Positions 1-9,163 of a stretch of 32,000 nucleotides of DNA are shown piece after piece. The stretch spans positions 30,001 through 62,000 of the forward strand of contig NC_014731.1 in the NCBI RefSeq assembly GCF_000172995.2. Reading direction: 5' to 3'. This stretch comes from Halogeometricum borinquense DSM 11551 (GTDB lineage Archaea > Halobacteriota > Halobacteria > Halobacteriales > Haloferacaceae). Position numbers and translations under genes: made by a program. A model generated the notes under the pieces. That model was not told the origin of the DNA. It did no database searches and saw only the letters and a list, made by a program, of their open reading frames with translations. How positions within the stretch are numbered: the stretch's first letter is position 1; each line of letters opens with the position of its first letter.

Positions 1-422
1 GCAGTCGGATAAGTAACCAGTCGAAGACAATACGATAGTGGCTCCTACCCCGGAGTCTCGAAGTCTGAACACATCGCTCAGCGGTTGACGTACCACACGG
101 AGTTCTGGACATCGTGAAGTCACGTGGCTCTGGCTACGGACACAGCGTCTGCGGCACCGAACTCACGACAGTTGCGACGACAATCCTAGCACCGAAGGCG
201 TGTTCCGGAAGAGAGGGCACTCAGCACCACCAACAGTGCGACTCTAGAGCGCCAGATTCGCTCTATACTGGAGTTTTCAGCGTGTACTCGCTAATTGAGA
301 GCGCGAAACGAGCAGCAAATCCAAGCTGTTCAAAAGCAGCCCGGTGCTGTCATCCAGATCGGCTCACTAGGTACAGCGATACGAATTTCGTCAAAGTGAC
401 ACAGACGGACGGCTTATCAGCC

Positions 423-1616
423 TTAGACGTTACCGTTGATGATGTCGGCGACCCGCTGACGGTCGAACAGTTGCTCCTCTTCGGGAACATCATGAATCGA
501 TCCCGGCCACTCGCCGTACTCGTCGGGATACAGCTGTTTGGCGAGCGCCTCTGTTGAGAAGAGATCGATAATCGGCCCCATGTATTGGCCGCCAGTCCGG
601 ACGAAGTTCCCGTTTTCGACGGCACGTAGTTGACTCAGCACGTCGTGGTCTTGTGCCGTCTCGACGACCTTCTGGAGCTGGGAGTCATCGATATACGAGA
701 GGTAGCCGATCATCCCGATGTAGTCGGGGTCAACATCGAGGAGTTTCTCGATCCCAACCGGCTTGAACGGAACGTATTCTTCGCCCTGGAACGCATTGTT
801 GACACCCAGCATCCGGAAACTCCGTGTATCGTTCCGTGGCGCGTCGATGTTCGCCGCGAAGAACTTCCCAGACTCGGGGTCGAACCCGAAGTTGAACGCG
901 GCGACTGTCGGTTCGTCGCCTCCCGAGACGGGCACACGGGATTCAATGTCGGCGTAAAACGACTCCTTGAGAGTGACCCACGCCTCGTACTGAGCTTGGC
1001 GCTGGAAAATCTGTGCTGCCTTCTCGAACGCCTCGTAGAGCGTGTAGTACGGATCGCGTCCGCCGAATGGGAACCGAATCAGCGACCCGAGAATCGGGCC
1101 GACGTTCGATTCGATCTCTTCGAGGTCTTCGTCGTCCCACCCTGAGTACTTCTTCAGCATACGCGAGTCCATGAGATGGACGTCAGCGTCAACGTCGTAG
1201 AACACCTCCTTATCGTACTTCGATTCGGCCGATTCACCGAGCGTTCGGACGGCGTCGGCATCGAAATCGACGCCGGGGAGCGCATCGTAGTACTTCAGCG
1301 GGAGCCGGTCGAAGGCGGCGACGGCTTTCGGCTGGATGCCAAATCCCATCGCGATGTCCATCCACGCTCCGGGAATGCTCGCGTACGTTTCCGGGACTTC
1401 CTCGAACGTGTGGCGCCCCGCCGGCTCAATCGCCACCTCGTACGACGTCGGAGTGTCCGTCGGCGAGTTCGTCGCCGTGTCAGCCGCATCTGCCGGTGTT
1501 GGGTCACCACCATCGCTGGTGCATCCTGCGAGTAGACCCCCGCCGAGGATGGTACTGCCGCCCTGTATCATCTCTCTCCGCGTCGGAATCTCGTGAACGT
1601 CAGTCTCTGCTGCCAT
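423..1616 (-). CDS. ABC transporter substrate-binding lipoprotein, iron-siderophore/cobalamin (FhuD/FepB-like periplasmic binding protein) type
   Basis: 397-aa ORF with an ATG start. The N-terminus has a Tat motif (PTRREMI) and a lipobox (LLAGC), followed by an acidic Thr/Asp-rich linker. The body resembles class III periplasmic binding proteins. No permease or ATPase gene lies downstream within the window. Confidence 0.72.
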   Translation of the reverse strand: MAAETDVHEIPTRREMIQGGSTILGGGLLAGCTSDGGDPTPADAADTATNSPTDTPTSYEVAIEPAGRHTFEEVPETYASIPGAWMDIAMGFGIQPKAVAAFDRLPLKYYDALPGVDFDADAVRTLGESAESKYDKEVFYDVDADVHLMDSRMLKKYSGWDDEDLEEIESNVGPILGSLIRFPFGGRDPYYTLYEAFEKAAQIFQRQAQYEAWVTLKESFYADIESRVPVSGGDEPTVAAFNFGFDPESGKFFAANIDAPRNDTRSFRMLGVNNAFQGEEYVPFKPVGIEKLLDVDPDYIGMIGYLSYIDDSQLQKVVETAQDHDVLSQLRAVENGNFVRTGGQYMGPIIDLFSTEALAKQLYPDEYGEWPGSIHDVPEEEQLFDRQRVADIINGNV

Positions 1617-1618
1617 GT

Positions 1619-1636
1619 TTTTAGGCTAGCCTAAAA
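1619..1636. promoter_or_regulatory. Perfect 18-bp palindrome TTTTAGGCTAGCCTAAAA, a putative metal-dependent (DtxR/Idr-like) repressor operator
   Basis: It lies 2 nt upstream of the ATG at 1616 and 1 nt downstream of a TATA-like TTATATA (1638-1644, - strand). The 16-bp core recurs identically at 2946-2961. Confidence 0.6.
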
Positions 1637-1763
1637 GTATATAACTATTTCTACCGGTCGATCAGACGACTACGAAAACGGGTCTCGACTACCCTGGCCT
1701 GTCCGGTCCAGCGGTGGGACTTGTGTCACTGCCACGGTGTCGTCCTCTTGATTCAATCGGGCA

Positions 1764-2699
1764 TCAGTCGGAGATGTTCCTCCCGTCACTCCCCGTCGTC
1801 TCCGCTTGTTCGGCCACGTATTCCTGTAACCGATCGTCGTCGATGACCTCAAGGAGGAGTTCCTCGTCGAGATGAGTAGCGAGCCGTCGGTGTGCACGTT
1901 CTCGACGATTGTCAATCTCTGATCGGTCGAGGTGAGTGGATTTGACGAACTCGATTTCGCGCTGGCGAATCCGTTGGAGTCGCTCCTGCTCGATGTCGTG
2001 GTCGTCAGCTACTCTGTGATCCGCGAATCGCCGGTGCCAGGTTTCTTCGTCGTCCCAGTCGTAATCGAGAGCCGCACGGCGCCGAAGCCAGTCGTAGTGG
2101 GGGGCGGCTTCTTCCCAGTACCCCTCTTCGCAGCGGACATCGGCCAGTAGTTCACGGCCGACGGTCATTCCGTGCCCGGCTGCAACGAGTACCTGCTCGC
2201 CATGTCCAGCGAGGCCCCCGGCCACGTACAGTCCGTCGATAGAAGTCCGTCCGTCGGCGTCGGCGTACTCACGGTCGAACTCTTCGTGAACCTCACCGTG
2301 ATGCTCGTGGGTGTCGAACATCACCTCGTCGCTGTCAAGTCCCCTGAGATACTCGCCATCGTGGGTGGTGGCCGCCACGACTCGCGGAACGAGGACTGAT
2401 CGCTCCTCTTGGGTCCGGACACGGAAGTTACCATCCGTCCGCTCAACAGACTCGACCATGTCCGAGACAAGGTCACAGCCCGCCTCAACGGCGTGGTCGT
2501 GCATGAGTTTGTAGAATGTCTCGATGTCGATACCCGCAGGGAATCCAAGATAGTTCTCCAGAAACGCACAACGGCGAAGTGATGAGTTCCCCCGGTCGAA
2601 GATCACGACATCGAGTCCGTATCGGGCAATACAAACTCCAACGGCGCACCCCGCTGGTCCTCCACCGACGATGACGACGTCGCGGTTGGATGTCGTCAT
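1764..2699 (-). CDS. FAD-dependent oxidoreductase, thioredoxin-reductase-like but without a recognisable NAD(P)H-binding domain; charged C-terminal extension
   Basis: 311 aa. It has an N-terminal GGGPAG dinucleotide-binding motif and a C-terminal FAD motif (IDGLYVAGG). Only about 40 aa separate the two FAD-domain halves, with no second GxGxxG and no CxxC. The ATG directly follows the TAA of the upstream small ORF. Confidence 0.8.
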   Translation of the reverse strand: MTTSNRDVVIVGGGPAGCAVGVCIARYGLDVVIFDRGNSSLRRCAFLENYLGFPAGIDIETFYKLMHDHAVEAGCDLVSDMVESVERTDGNFRVRTQEERSVLVPRVVAATTHDGEYLRGLDSDEVMFDTHEHHGEVHEEFDREYADADGRTSIDGLYVAGGLAGHGEQVLVAAGHGMTVGRELLADVRCEEGYWEEAAPHYDWLRRRAALDYDWDDEETWHRRFADHRVADDHDIEQERLQRIRQREIEFVKSTHLDRSEIDNRRERAHRRLATHLDEELLLEVIDDDRLQEYVAEQAETTGSDGRNISD

Positions 2700-2942
2700 T
2701 TAATTGAAACGGTAAGGTACGGCGTTCTCCGACGTCGATGCAAGCTTAACGAATTGTGTTGGCGGCATCGTGAGTGTGCAGTGGTTTTTCTTGGCGGTGC
2801 TGGTTGGACCCTCATTGGAGGATTCGCCATCGGAAAGCGGGTTGGTACTGCCGACGAGCAGGTCCACCCCCACTGCCGTACTGTCGTCTTTCGCGATGTC
2901 CTGCTGTGTCGGTCCCTCGTGTACCGCGACGCTGCCTGGCAT
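2700..2942 (-). CDS. Small hypothetical protein (80 aa), first cistron of the flavoprotein operon
   Basis: The ATG lies 3 nt downstream of the palindromic operator, and the TATA box sits about 30 nt upstream. Third codon positions are mostly G/C. The stop TAA abuts the ATG of the next gene (TAAATG). No recognisable family. Confidence 0.4.
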   Translation of the reverse strand: MPGSVAVHEGPTQQDIAKDDSTAVGVDLLVGSTNPLSDGESSNEGPTSTAKKNHCTLTMPPTQFVKLASTSENAVPYRFN

Positions 2943-2945
2943 GAC

Positions 2946-2961
2946 TTTAGGCTAGCCTAAA
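2946..2961. promoter_or_regulatory. Perfect 16-bp palindrome TTTAGGCTAGCCTAAA, second copy of the putative operator
   Basis: It lies between a TATA-like TTTAATA (2966-2972, - strand) and the ATG at 2942. This is the same architecture as at 1619-1636. Confidence 0.6.
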
Positions 2962-3173
2962 TAAGTATTAAAGATTTGGTTATTCGACTAATTTACCGAT
3001 ACGCGCTGTGTATTCACCACGTCACCCAGAGCAACGCTCTGAGCGCTTTTTCAAGGCGGAGCGACACGACGCTGTTCGTATCGGTTCATCCGTGTTCGTG
3101 CGGCGGGAGACGGTGGGACCGTAGCTCGGTCAGCACCAGGAAGGACCGTTTGATCTCGAGGGTTCGTATCTAG

Positions 3174-4403
3174 TCATCGGATAGCTGCACCCGCACCTGA
3201 CTCGATTGCATCAACAATCCATCGGGGATGCATAGGGAGGATATCTGCTGGGAGATCATCTGACTCAAAGAAATTGATCTCCAGGACCTCGTCAGTATCG
3301 ACCTCAAGTGTCCCTGCATCGATGGTACACAGAAAGCAGTTCGTAATGAAGTGGACTGCCCTCCCAGACGGATACGAAAACACCTGCTGATGCGGGCGTG
3401 AATAGACGCCCGTTAGTTGCTCAACCGAAATCTGCAGCCCGGTTTCCTCACGCATCTCTCGAATGATCGCCTCGTCAACTGCTTCCCCCCGCTCAACAGT
3501 CCCCGTTGGGAGTGCCCAGCGTTCATTGTCAGCTCGTCTCACTAACAGTACCTCGTCCGTCTCGTTTACCACGACCGCGCCAACACCCGGACGAATTTCA
3601 TCCGGCCACGAGTACTGTGGCGATTCCCAGGCCGCCGTCACGTCGGTAAACAGCTCTGCGAGCGTCCCAATCGTCGCATCAGGCTGGCGGAAATCAGAAT
3701 CTGATGGTGCAGTGTGCTGCTCGTCTGCGACGAGCACTCCCGGGAGGCCAGCCCGATGGGCACCGAGAATATCGGTGGCCGGGTTATCTCCGACGACGAC
3801 TGCCTGCTGGTCGGCAGCTATCTCGTCAAGGGCCATCTCGAACATCAGCGGTTCGGGTTTCCCGATAACCGTTGGAACTGTCTCTACTGTGGCCTCGACC
3901 GCACGAACGATAGCACCGGCACCCGGAGCAGGACCATCGGGTGTCGAGAATGCACCGTCTGAGTTCGTTGCAACGAACTGCGCCCCTTGATCAATGTGTC
4001 TCGCTGCCCGCTGGATATCAAGATATGTTGTCTGCTCATCCGCTCCAACAACAACTACCTCGGGAGCGTCCTCTGTAATATCAATTCCAGCATCGCGGAG
4101 TTCCGAGCGCAACCCCTCGCTTCCGACGACTGCGGTGGTTGAGATATCCTGTTGATCGAGGAAGGCGGCTGTGGCCCATGCCGACGTGATGATTTCCGTC
4201 TCAGTCACCTCGATCCCGAAATCACGAAGGCGCGTTACGATTGTGTCCCGTGTCGGACGAGGGTCGTTAGTGAGAAACCGGATCTGCTTGTCTTGGTCGT
4301 AGAGTCGATTGACAGTGGTAACGGCATTCGAGAGTACCTCGTCACCGGAGGAGAGCACGCCGTCAAGACCGATCAGAAACACGTCGAACTGAGTGGCAAT
4401 CAT
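3174..4403 (-). CDS. HAD-IIA (NagD-like) / Nudix hydrolase fusion protein
   Basis: 409 aa. The N-terminal half carries HAD motifs II-IV (LTND, GKPEP, GDNPATD). The C-terminal half has an exact Nudix box, GTVERGEAVDEAIIREMREETGL. HAD motif I reads GLDGV rather than DxDGV. Confidence 0.85.
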   Translation of the reverse strand: MIATQFDVFLIGLDGVLSSGDEVLSNAVTTVNRLYDQDKQIRFLTNDPRPTRDTIVTRLRDFGIEVTETEIITSAWATAAFLDQQDISTTAVVGSEGLRSELRDAGIDITEDAPEVVVVGADEQTTYLDIQRAARHIDQGAQFVATNSDGAFSTPDGPAPGAGAIVRAVEATVETVPTVIGKPEPLMFEMALDEIAADQQAVVVGDNPATDILGAHRAGLPGVLVADEQHTAPSDSDFRQPDATIGTLAELFTDVTAAWESPQYSWPDEIRPGVGAVVVNETDEVLLVRRADNERWALPTGTVERGEAVDEAIIREMREETGLQISVEQLTGVYSRPHQQVFSYPSGRAVHFITNCFLCTIDAGTLEVDTDEVLEINFFESDDLPADILPMHPRWIVDAIESGAGAAIR

Positions 4404-4429
4404 TGCAATTGTAGAGTGGTACTACTCGG

Positions 4430-5617
4430 TTATTTCTTCCGAGGTGACTCAAATACCCCCTGCTGTGTGGCTACGAGGAGAACCCTCCCACCGATAATAA
4501 ACGCAAGAGCAAGGGCTGCCAGCATTATGAGAGGACCAAACAAATCGGCAAGCACACCGCCGACTATGCGAAACACGATTGCAGCGACACCGCCAGCCAT
4601 CGAGACGACACTCAGGATAGTGGCCCGCCGGTGGTCCCGTGTCCGGTCGTTTATGACCCCACTTTGGAAGGTTTGACTGACCCGCCAGATGGCCTCCATA
4701 CTAATGAACGACGGGACAGCGAGGACAGACAGTATTGGGAGTAGCACGAAGCTGGCAGCCAACAGAATTGGGGCAATGCGGAACCAGCGATGGAGACCGA
4801 TGATACGCTCGATCCGATCAGTAACCGCGCTCGCTCCGGCAGCAACGATATTGAAACTCGCATACAGAACACCGACAGCGATTACCGGAAGCCCGACTTG
4901 GTCGCCAACGACAATTGGTTGGATGAACGTTCGAGTGACCTCAACCAGTCCAAACAGGAGAACGGTATAGCTGACGAAGCCCCTCACACCGGGTTGGGTG
5001 AACACCTGCTTCAGTTCCTGCCGCGTCGTTTCGAGCCGAGTTGATTCTGCCGGAAATGGGCGTTTCATATTTGCGGTCGATGGAAACGAGAGTACGATCG
5101 CTGCGTTTCCACCGAGGAGGAGAGCAGTAAGGAGAAACGGAGCGGTGAGTGATTGGCTGTAAACGATACTTCCAAGAATCGCGGTCGCTGCCGTGGCGGC
5201 TAGTTTAATTGCTTGCCCCCGACCGTGGACGGTCGTGTATGCGTCGACTGCACCACTGTTTGCAAGGGCACTGTAGAGCCACGCATCGGCCGTTCCTGAC
5301 CGGAAAGTTCTCCCGATTGCCCACGTGCCAAGGGCAAGCGCAAATGGAACGATGGTGTGGGACAGCGCGAGTCCCCCAACACCGACGGCTGTCACAAGGG
5401 CGCTGAGGAAGAGACTCCGACGGTACCCGAGTCGGTCTCCAATATAGCCGGTTGGAATTTCTGCGGAAACAAGGACAGCCCAGTATAACGCCCCGAGAAA
5501 GCCAATTTCGGAATAGGAGAGGCCACGGGCTTGGAGCAGTAGAACCCAGACGGGAGCGATGAGTCCTTGGGTTTCAGTGAGTGAATAGAGGTAATATCGC
5601 CAGCGGGGGTCTCGCAT
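4430..5617 (-). CDS. MFS transporter
   Basis: 395 aa, about 12 hydrophobic helices in a typical MFS arrangement. It ends 26 nt before the HAD/Nudix start, so the two are probably co-transcribed. Confidence 0.85.
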   Translation of the reverse strand: MRDPRWRYYLYSLTETQGLIAPVWVLLLQARGLSYSEIGFLGALYWAVLVSAEIPTGYIGDRLGYRRSLFLSALVTAVGVGGLALSHTIVPFALALGTWAIGRTFRSGTADAWLYSALANSGAVDAYTTVHGRGQAIKLAATAATAILGSIVYSQSLTAPFLLTALLLGGNAAIVLSFPSTANMKRPFPAESTRLETTRQELKQVFTQPGVRGFVSYTVLLFGLVEVTRTFIQPIVVGDQVGLPVIAVGVLYASFNIVAAGASAVTDRIERIIGLHRWFRIAPILLAASFVLLPILSVLAVPSFISMEAIWRVSQTFQSGVINDRTRDHRRATILSVVSMAGGVAAIVFRIVGGVLADLFGPLIMLAALALAFIIGGRVLLVATQQGVFESPRKK

Positions 5618-5863
5618 GTGTTATCACGAGGTTCGAGATAGCGTCATATGATTGTCGGGTGATTCCGTTTCAAACGAGGCCGTTCGACAATTACCCACTA
5701 CAAAGCGCTCAATAATCCTCATTTAGACGCTCACGCAAGTGGATTTGAGACCAGACTTGATCACGATTGTCACGACCTCGCTCCGTCAGCGTCACAGCAT
5801 GATCGCCAGTGCAGGCGTAACTAATTAAGAAAGCAGATACCATCAACAGCGAAGTAGTAATCA

Positions 5864-8116
5864 ATGACGCTCGAAGACGACGCACGAGAGTATCACCGGC
5901 GTATTCCACCGGGGAAAGTAGAGATCGCAACGACGAAGCCAACAAACACCCAGCGTGACCTCTCGCTGGCGTACTCGCCGGGAGTCGCGACACCGTGTCG
6001 CGACATCGCCGAGAACCCAGAGCAGGCGTATCGTAACACCGTAAAGGGGAATCTCGTCGGTGTCGTCTCCAACGGTTCGGCCGTTCTGGGCCTCGGTGAC
6101 ATCGGCGCACAGGCTTCCAAGCCCGTGATGGAGGGGAAAGGCGTCCTGTTCAAACGCTTCGCCGACATCGACGTGTTCGACATCGAACTCGACCTCGATG
6201 ACCCCGATACGTTTACGCAGGCCGTCGCGGCGATGGAGCCGACGTTCGGGGGCATCAACCTCGAAGACATCAAAGCGCCCGAATGCTTCGAGATCGAGTC
6301 GGATCTCTCAGAACGAATGGATATTCCAGTGTTCCACGACGACCAGCACGGCACTGCCATCATCTCCGGGGCCGCACTACAGAACGCCGCCGACATTGTC
6401 GGGAAGAATCTCTCAGATCTGCACGTCACTTTCGCGGGTGCGGGCGCGGCAGCGACAGCGACTGCCCGGTTCTACGTCTCGCTCGGCATCCCTCGGGAGA
6501 ACATCACGATGTGCGATATCGACGGGATCCTCTCGGAGGCTCGGGCCGAAGCTGGTGACCTTAACGAGTTCACCGAGCCGTTCGCCTGCGGGGAGGACGA
6601 CGGCGAACTCGAAGACGCGATGGAAGGCGCGGACGTGTTCGTCGGCCTCTCAGTCGGCGGAATCGTTTCCCAAGAGATGGTACGGACGATGGCCGACGAT
6701 CCGATCATCTTCGCGATGGCGAACCCCGACCCCGAGATCACCTACGAGGACGCCAAGGACGCGCGCGACGACACGGTCATCATGGCAACGGGCCGGTCGG
6801 ATTACCCGAACCAAGTGAACAACGTCCTCGGCTTTCCGTTCATCTTCCGCGGAGCGCTCGACGTTCGCGCAACCGAAATCAACGAGGAGATGAAGCTCGC
6901 TGCTGCGGATGCACTCGCAGACCTCGCCCGTGAGGACGTTCCAGATGCCGTCGTCAAGGCCTACGGCGACGAGCCACTCCAGTTCGGTCCCGACTATCTG
7001 ATCCCGAAACCACTGGACCAGCGCGTCCTCTACGAGGTGACACCCGCCGTCGCGCGGGCTGCGATAGAGAGCGGCGCAGCCAGAACGGAACGCGACCTCG
7101 ACGCCTACCGCGAGGAACTCGAAGCGCGCCTCGGCAAGTCCCGCGAGATGATGCGTGTCGTGATGAACAAGGCGCAGTCGGATCCAAAACGAGTCGCACT
7201 CGCCGAGGGAGAAAACGAGAAGACGATTCGTGCAGCGAGTCAACTCGTCGAAGACGGCATCGCTGAACCCGTTCTCATCGGACGGAGAGACCACATTCTA
7301 CAGAAAACTGAAGAGCTAGGGTTGGACTTCGACCCGGTTGTTGTGAACCCACGCGAGGGGGAGTGGACCCACTACGTGGACTACCTGTACGAGCACCGGC
7401 AGCGAAAAGGTCTCACACGGACGGAAGCAAACGAACTCATCCGGCAAGACTCGAACTACTTCGCCAGCGTGATGGTGGAAATGGGCGATGCCGACGCGAT
7501 GCTCACTGGACTGACGAACCACTACCCGTCGGCGCTCCGACCACCACTGCAGGTTATCGGCACGGCCGAGAACGCGAACTACGCGGCCGGTGTCTACATG
7601 CTGACGTTCCGGAATCGAGTCGTCTTCTGTGCGGACACGACCGTCAACCTCGATCCCGACGAGGAAGTACTCGCGGAGGTGACGAAACACACCGCGGAAC
7701 TGGCCAAGCGCTTCAACGTCGAACCGCGGGCGGCGCTCCTATCGTACTCGGACTTCGGGAGCGTCGAGACCGAAGGCGTTCGCAAGCCACGCAACGCGGT
7801 GAACATCCTGCACGACGACCCCGACGTCGACTTTCCGGTCGATGGGGAGATGCAAGCGGACACTGCTCTCGTCGAGGAGATGCTGACAGAAACCTACGAG
7901 TTCGCAGAACTCGACGGTCCGGCGAACGTGCTCGTGTTCCCAAACCTCGAAGCGGGCAACATCGGCTACAAGGTGCTCCAGCGACTCGGCGGTGCCGAGG
8001 CCATCGGCCCGATGCTCGTCGGCATGGACAAGCCCGTCTACGTCCTCCAGCGCGGTGACGAGGTCAAAGACATTGTCAACCTGGCGAGCGTCGCCGTCGT
8101 GGACGCACAAGAATGA
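5864..8116 (+). CDS. maeB: NADP-dependent malic enzyme (malic enzyme domain fused to a phosphate-acetyltransferase-like domain)
   Basis: 750 aa. The N-terminal half is a malic enzyme with its NAD(P)-binding region (FAGAGAA). The C-terminal roughly 320 aa is PTA-like. This is the classical MaeB architecture. Confidence 0.93.
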   Translation: MTLEDDAREYHRRIPPGKVEIATTKPTNTQRDLSLAYSPGVATPCRDIAENPEQAYRNTVKGNLVGVVSNGSAVLGLGDIGAQASKPVMEGKGVLFKRFADIDVFDIELDLDDPDTFTQAVAAMEPTFGGINLEDIKAPECFEIESDLSERMDIPVFHDDQHGTAIISGAALQNAADIVGKNLSDLHVTFAGAGAAATATARFYVSLGIPRENITMCDIDGILSEARAEAGDLNEFTEPFACGEDDGELEDAMEGADVFVGLSVGGIVSQEMVRTMADDPIIFAMANPDPEITYEDAKDARDDTVIMATGRSDYPNQVNNVLGFPFIFRGALDVRATEINEEMKLAAADALADLAREDVPDAVVKAYGDEPLQFGPDYLIPKPLDQRVLYEVTPAVARAAIESGAARTERDLDAYREELEARLGKSREMMRVVMNKAQSDPKRVALAEGENEKTIRAASQLVEDGIAEPVLIGRRDHILQKTEELGLDFDPVVVNPREGEWTHYVDYLYEHRQRKGLTRTEANELIRQDSNYFASVMVEMGDADAMLTGLTNHYPSALRPPLQVIGTAENANYAAGVYMLTFRNRVVFCADTTVNLDPDEEVLAEVTKHTAELAKRFNVEPRAALLSYSDFGSVETEGVRKPRNAVNILHDDPDVDFPVDGEMQADTALVEEMLTETYEFAELDGPANVLVFPNLEAGNIGYKVLQRLGGAEAIGPMLVGMDKPVYVLQRGDEVKDIVNLASVAVVDAQE

Positions 8117-8151
8117 CGCAAATAGAACCAATTGAGCTAACAGTGTTTTAA

Positions 8152-8421
8152 TTACAAATATGAAAACGTATTCTCATCCATATGAATAGCCAGAAATAGA
8201 ATCTGCTGAAATAAACAAATCCCGACCACAATTGTCAAGAGGAGTGTGATAAGTTTGGGGAATGGTCCCATATTTAGAGAAATCACTGGCCGAATGTAGA
8301 GATAGCTGAAAAGGATTCCCACGACAGATAGAGTCGTCTGAAGCGTAGCCACAAGAACAGGATGATTGAACTCCTCTTTGCCGAAGAATTCGTTAAACCT
8401 CGATGCAAGCTCTGATTGCAT
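8152..8421 (-). CDS. Small hypothetical membrane protein (89 aa)
   Basis: ATG start and two to three hydrophobic helices. The gene is AT-rich, atypical for the window. A 6-bp inverted repeat flanks the upstream TATA region (8440-8460). Confidence 0.4.
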   Translation of the reverse strand: MQSELASRFNEFFGKEEFNHPVLVATLQTTLSVVGILFSYLYIRPVISLNMGPFPKLITLLLTIVVGICLFQQILFLAIHMDENTFSYL

Positions 8422-8530
8422 ACTCCCGAATACTACCTAATGTCATGTATATTTTGACATGTTGTTGATAATTCTATTGATGACAAAAGCCGTCCAATAG
8501 GGAAGTTGAGGAGAGTCAAGGGAGGGCTGT

Positions 8531-8929
8531 TTAACTGGACCAGTAATATAGCATTAGTTGACGCGTTCGTTGAGATTGAGTCGGATCGGGAACAGCAAGA
8601 CTCGAATCGATTTGGTCACGTGTCTGAAACGCAACTCGGCCCGTTTCTTCGCTTACTGGCTCGAAGACGAAATATGACCGGTGACCTTCCAGGAGATAGT
8701 CAACGGTGTGGTCTCTCTCAATCGCTCCCGTATACAACTGTTGCCCGATCTCTAACAGTGCAGGCAAATCCAGGGCGAGAAAGTCGCCAACGAACTCGGG
8801 AGCCCAGCCACTCCAGGATATCTCCGCTTCGTTTTCGTATGTGTTGATCCGGATTCCACCAGCAGTGATCTTAATCGCACCACTGCCGGTCGATATCATC
8901 TCGGGGCCGTCAGCAGTTACGATACTCAC
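8531..8929 (-). CDS. Hypothetical acidic protein (132 aa)
   Basis: An acidic, halophile-like ORF. The longest form starts at a GTG (8929), with an alternative ATG at 8899. No recognisable motif. Confidence 0.45.
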   Translation of the reverse strand: MSIVTADGPEMISTGSGAIKITAGGIRINTYENEAEISWSGWAPEFVGDFLALDLPALLEIGQQLYTGAIERDHTVDYLLEGHRSYFVFEPVSEETGRVAFQTRDQIDSSLAVPDPTQSQRTRQLMLYYWSS

Positions 8930-9163
8930 TTGGGAGCGTGAGTGGCGGCGTCCGCTTGTCTGCTTGAGTCCACTGGCCAGTCAATGCTACTCCCGAACGA
9001 AATTGAGACAGCCCTCTAGTATGTTCAAAGACCCGTTTTATCGTCCCCAACATACATATTCGAGGTTTTACAAGTCGTGTCATGGACCAGAGTAAACGCT
9101 GGTCGGGCTATCGTACCAAACCGTTCTCACTCGAGAGTAACATAAGAATCTCGCCCAGTACGC

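Noticed and set aside
114-557. 147-aa GTG-start ORF at the window start
   Set aside because: It overlaps the 3' end of the binding-protein gene on the opposite strand. It is basic and Cys-rich, has no motif, and region 1-422 shows no convincing coding signal in any frame.
3115-3172. tRNA-like strings (GGGACCGTAGCTCGGTCAGC ... GGTTCGTATC) that could be a tRNA or an att-site remnant
   Set aside because: - The D-arm and T-arm cannot be base-paired (no GAGC partner for GCTC, no CCCTC partner for GAGGG).
- There is no acceptor-stem complement.
- The resemblance is limited to two short strings.
5709-8131. Several 80-230-aa ORFs overlapping maeB in other frames or on the other strand, plus 5709-6110 (-) across its promoter
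   Set aside because: They are shadow ORFs with Arg-rich, non-acidic products. MaeB is unambiguous in its own frame.
8706-9095. 129-aa + strand ORF overlapping the 132-aa - strand ORF
   Set aside because: It is a Ser/Pro/Cys/Arg-rich non-acidic product. The - strand ORF has the halophile-like acidic composition, though neither has a recognisable family.
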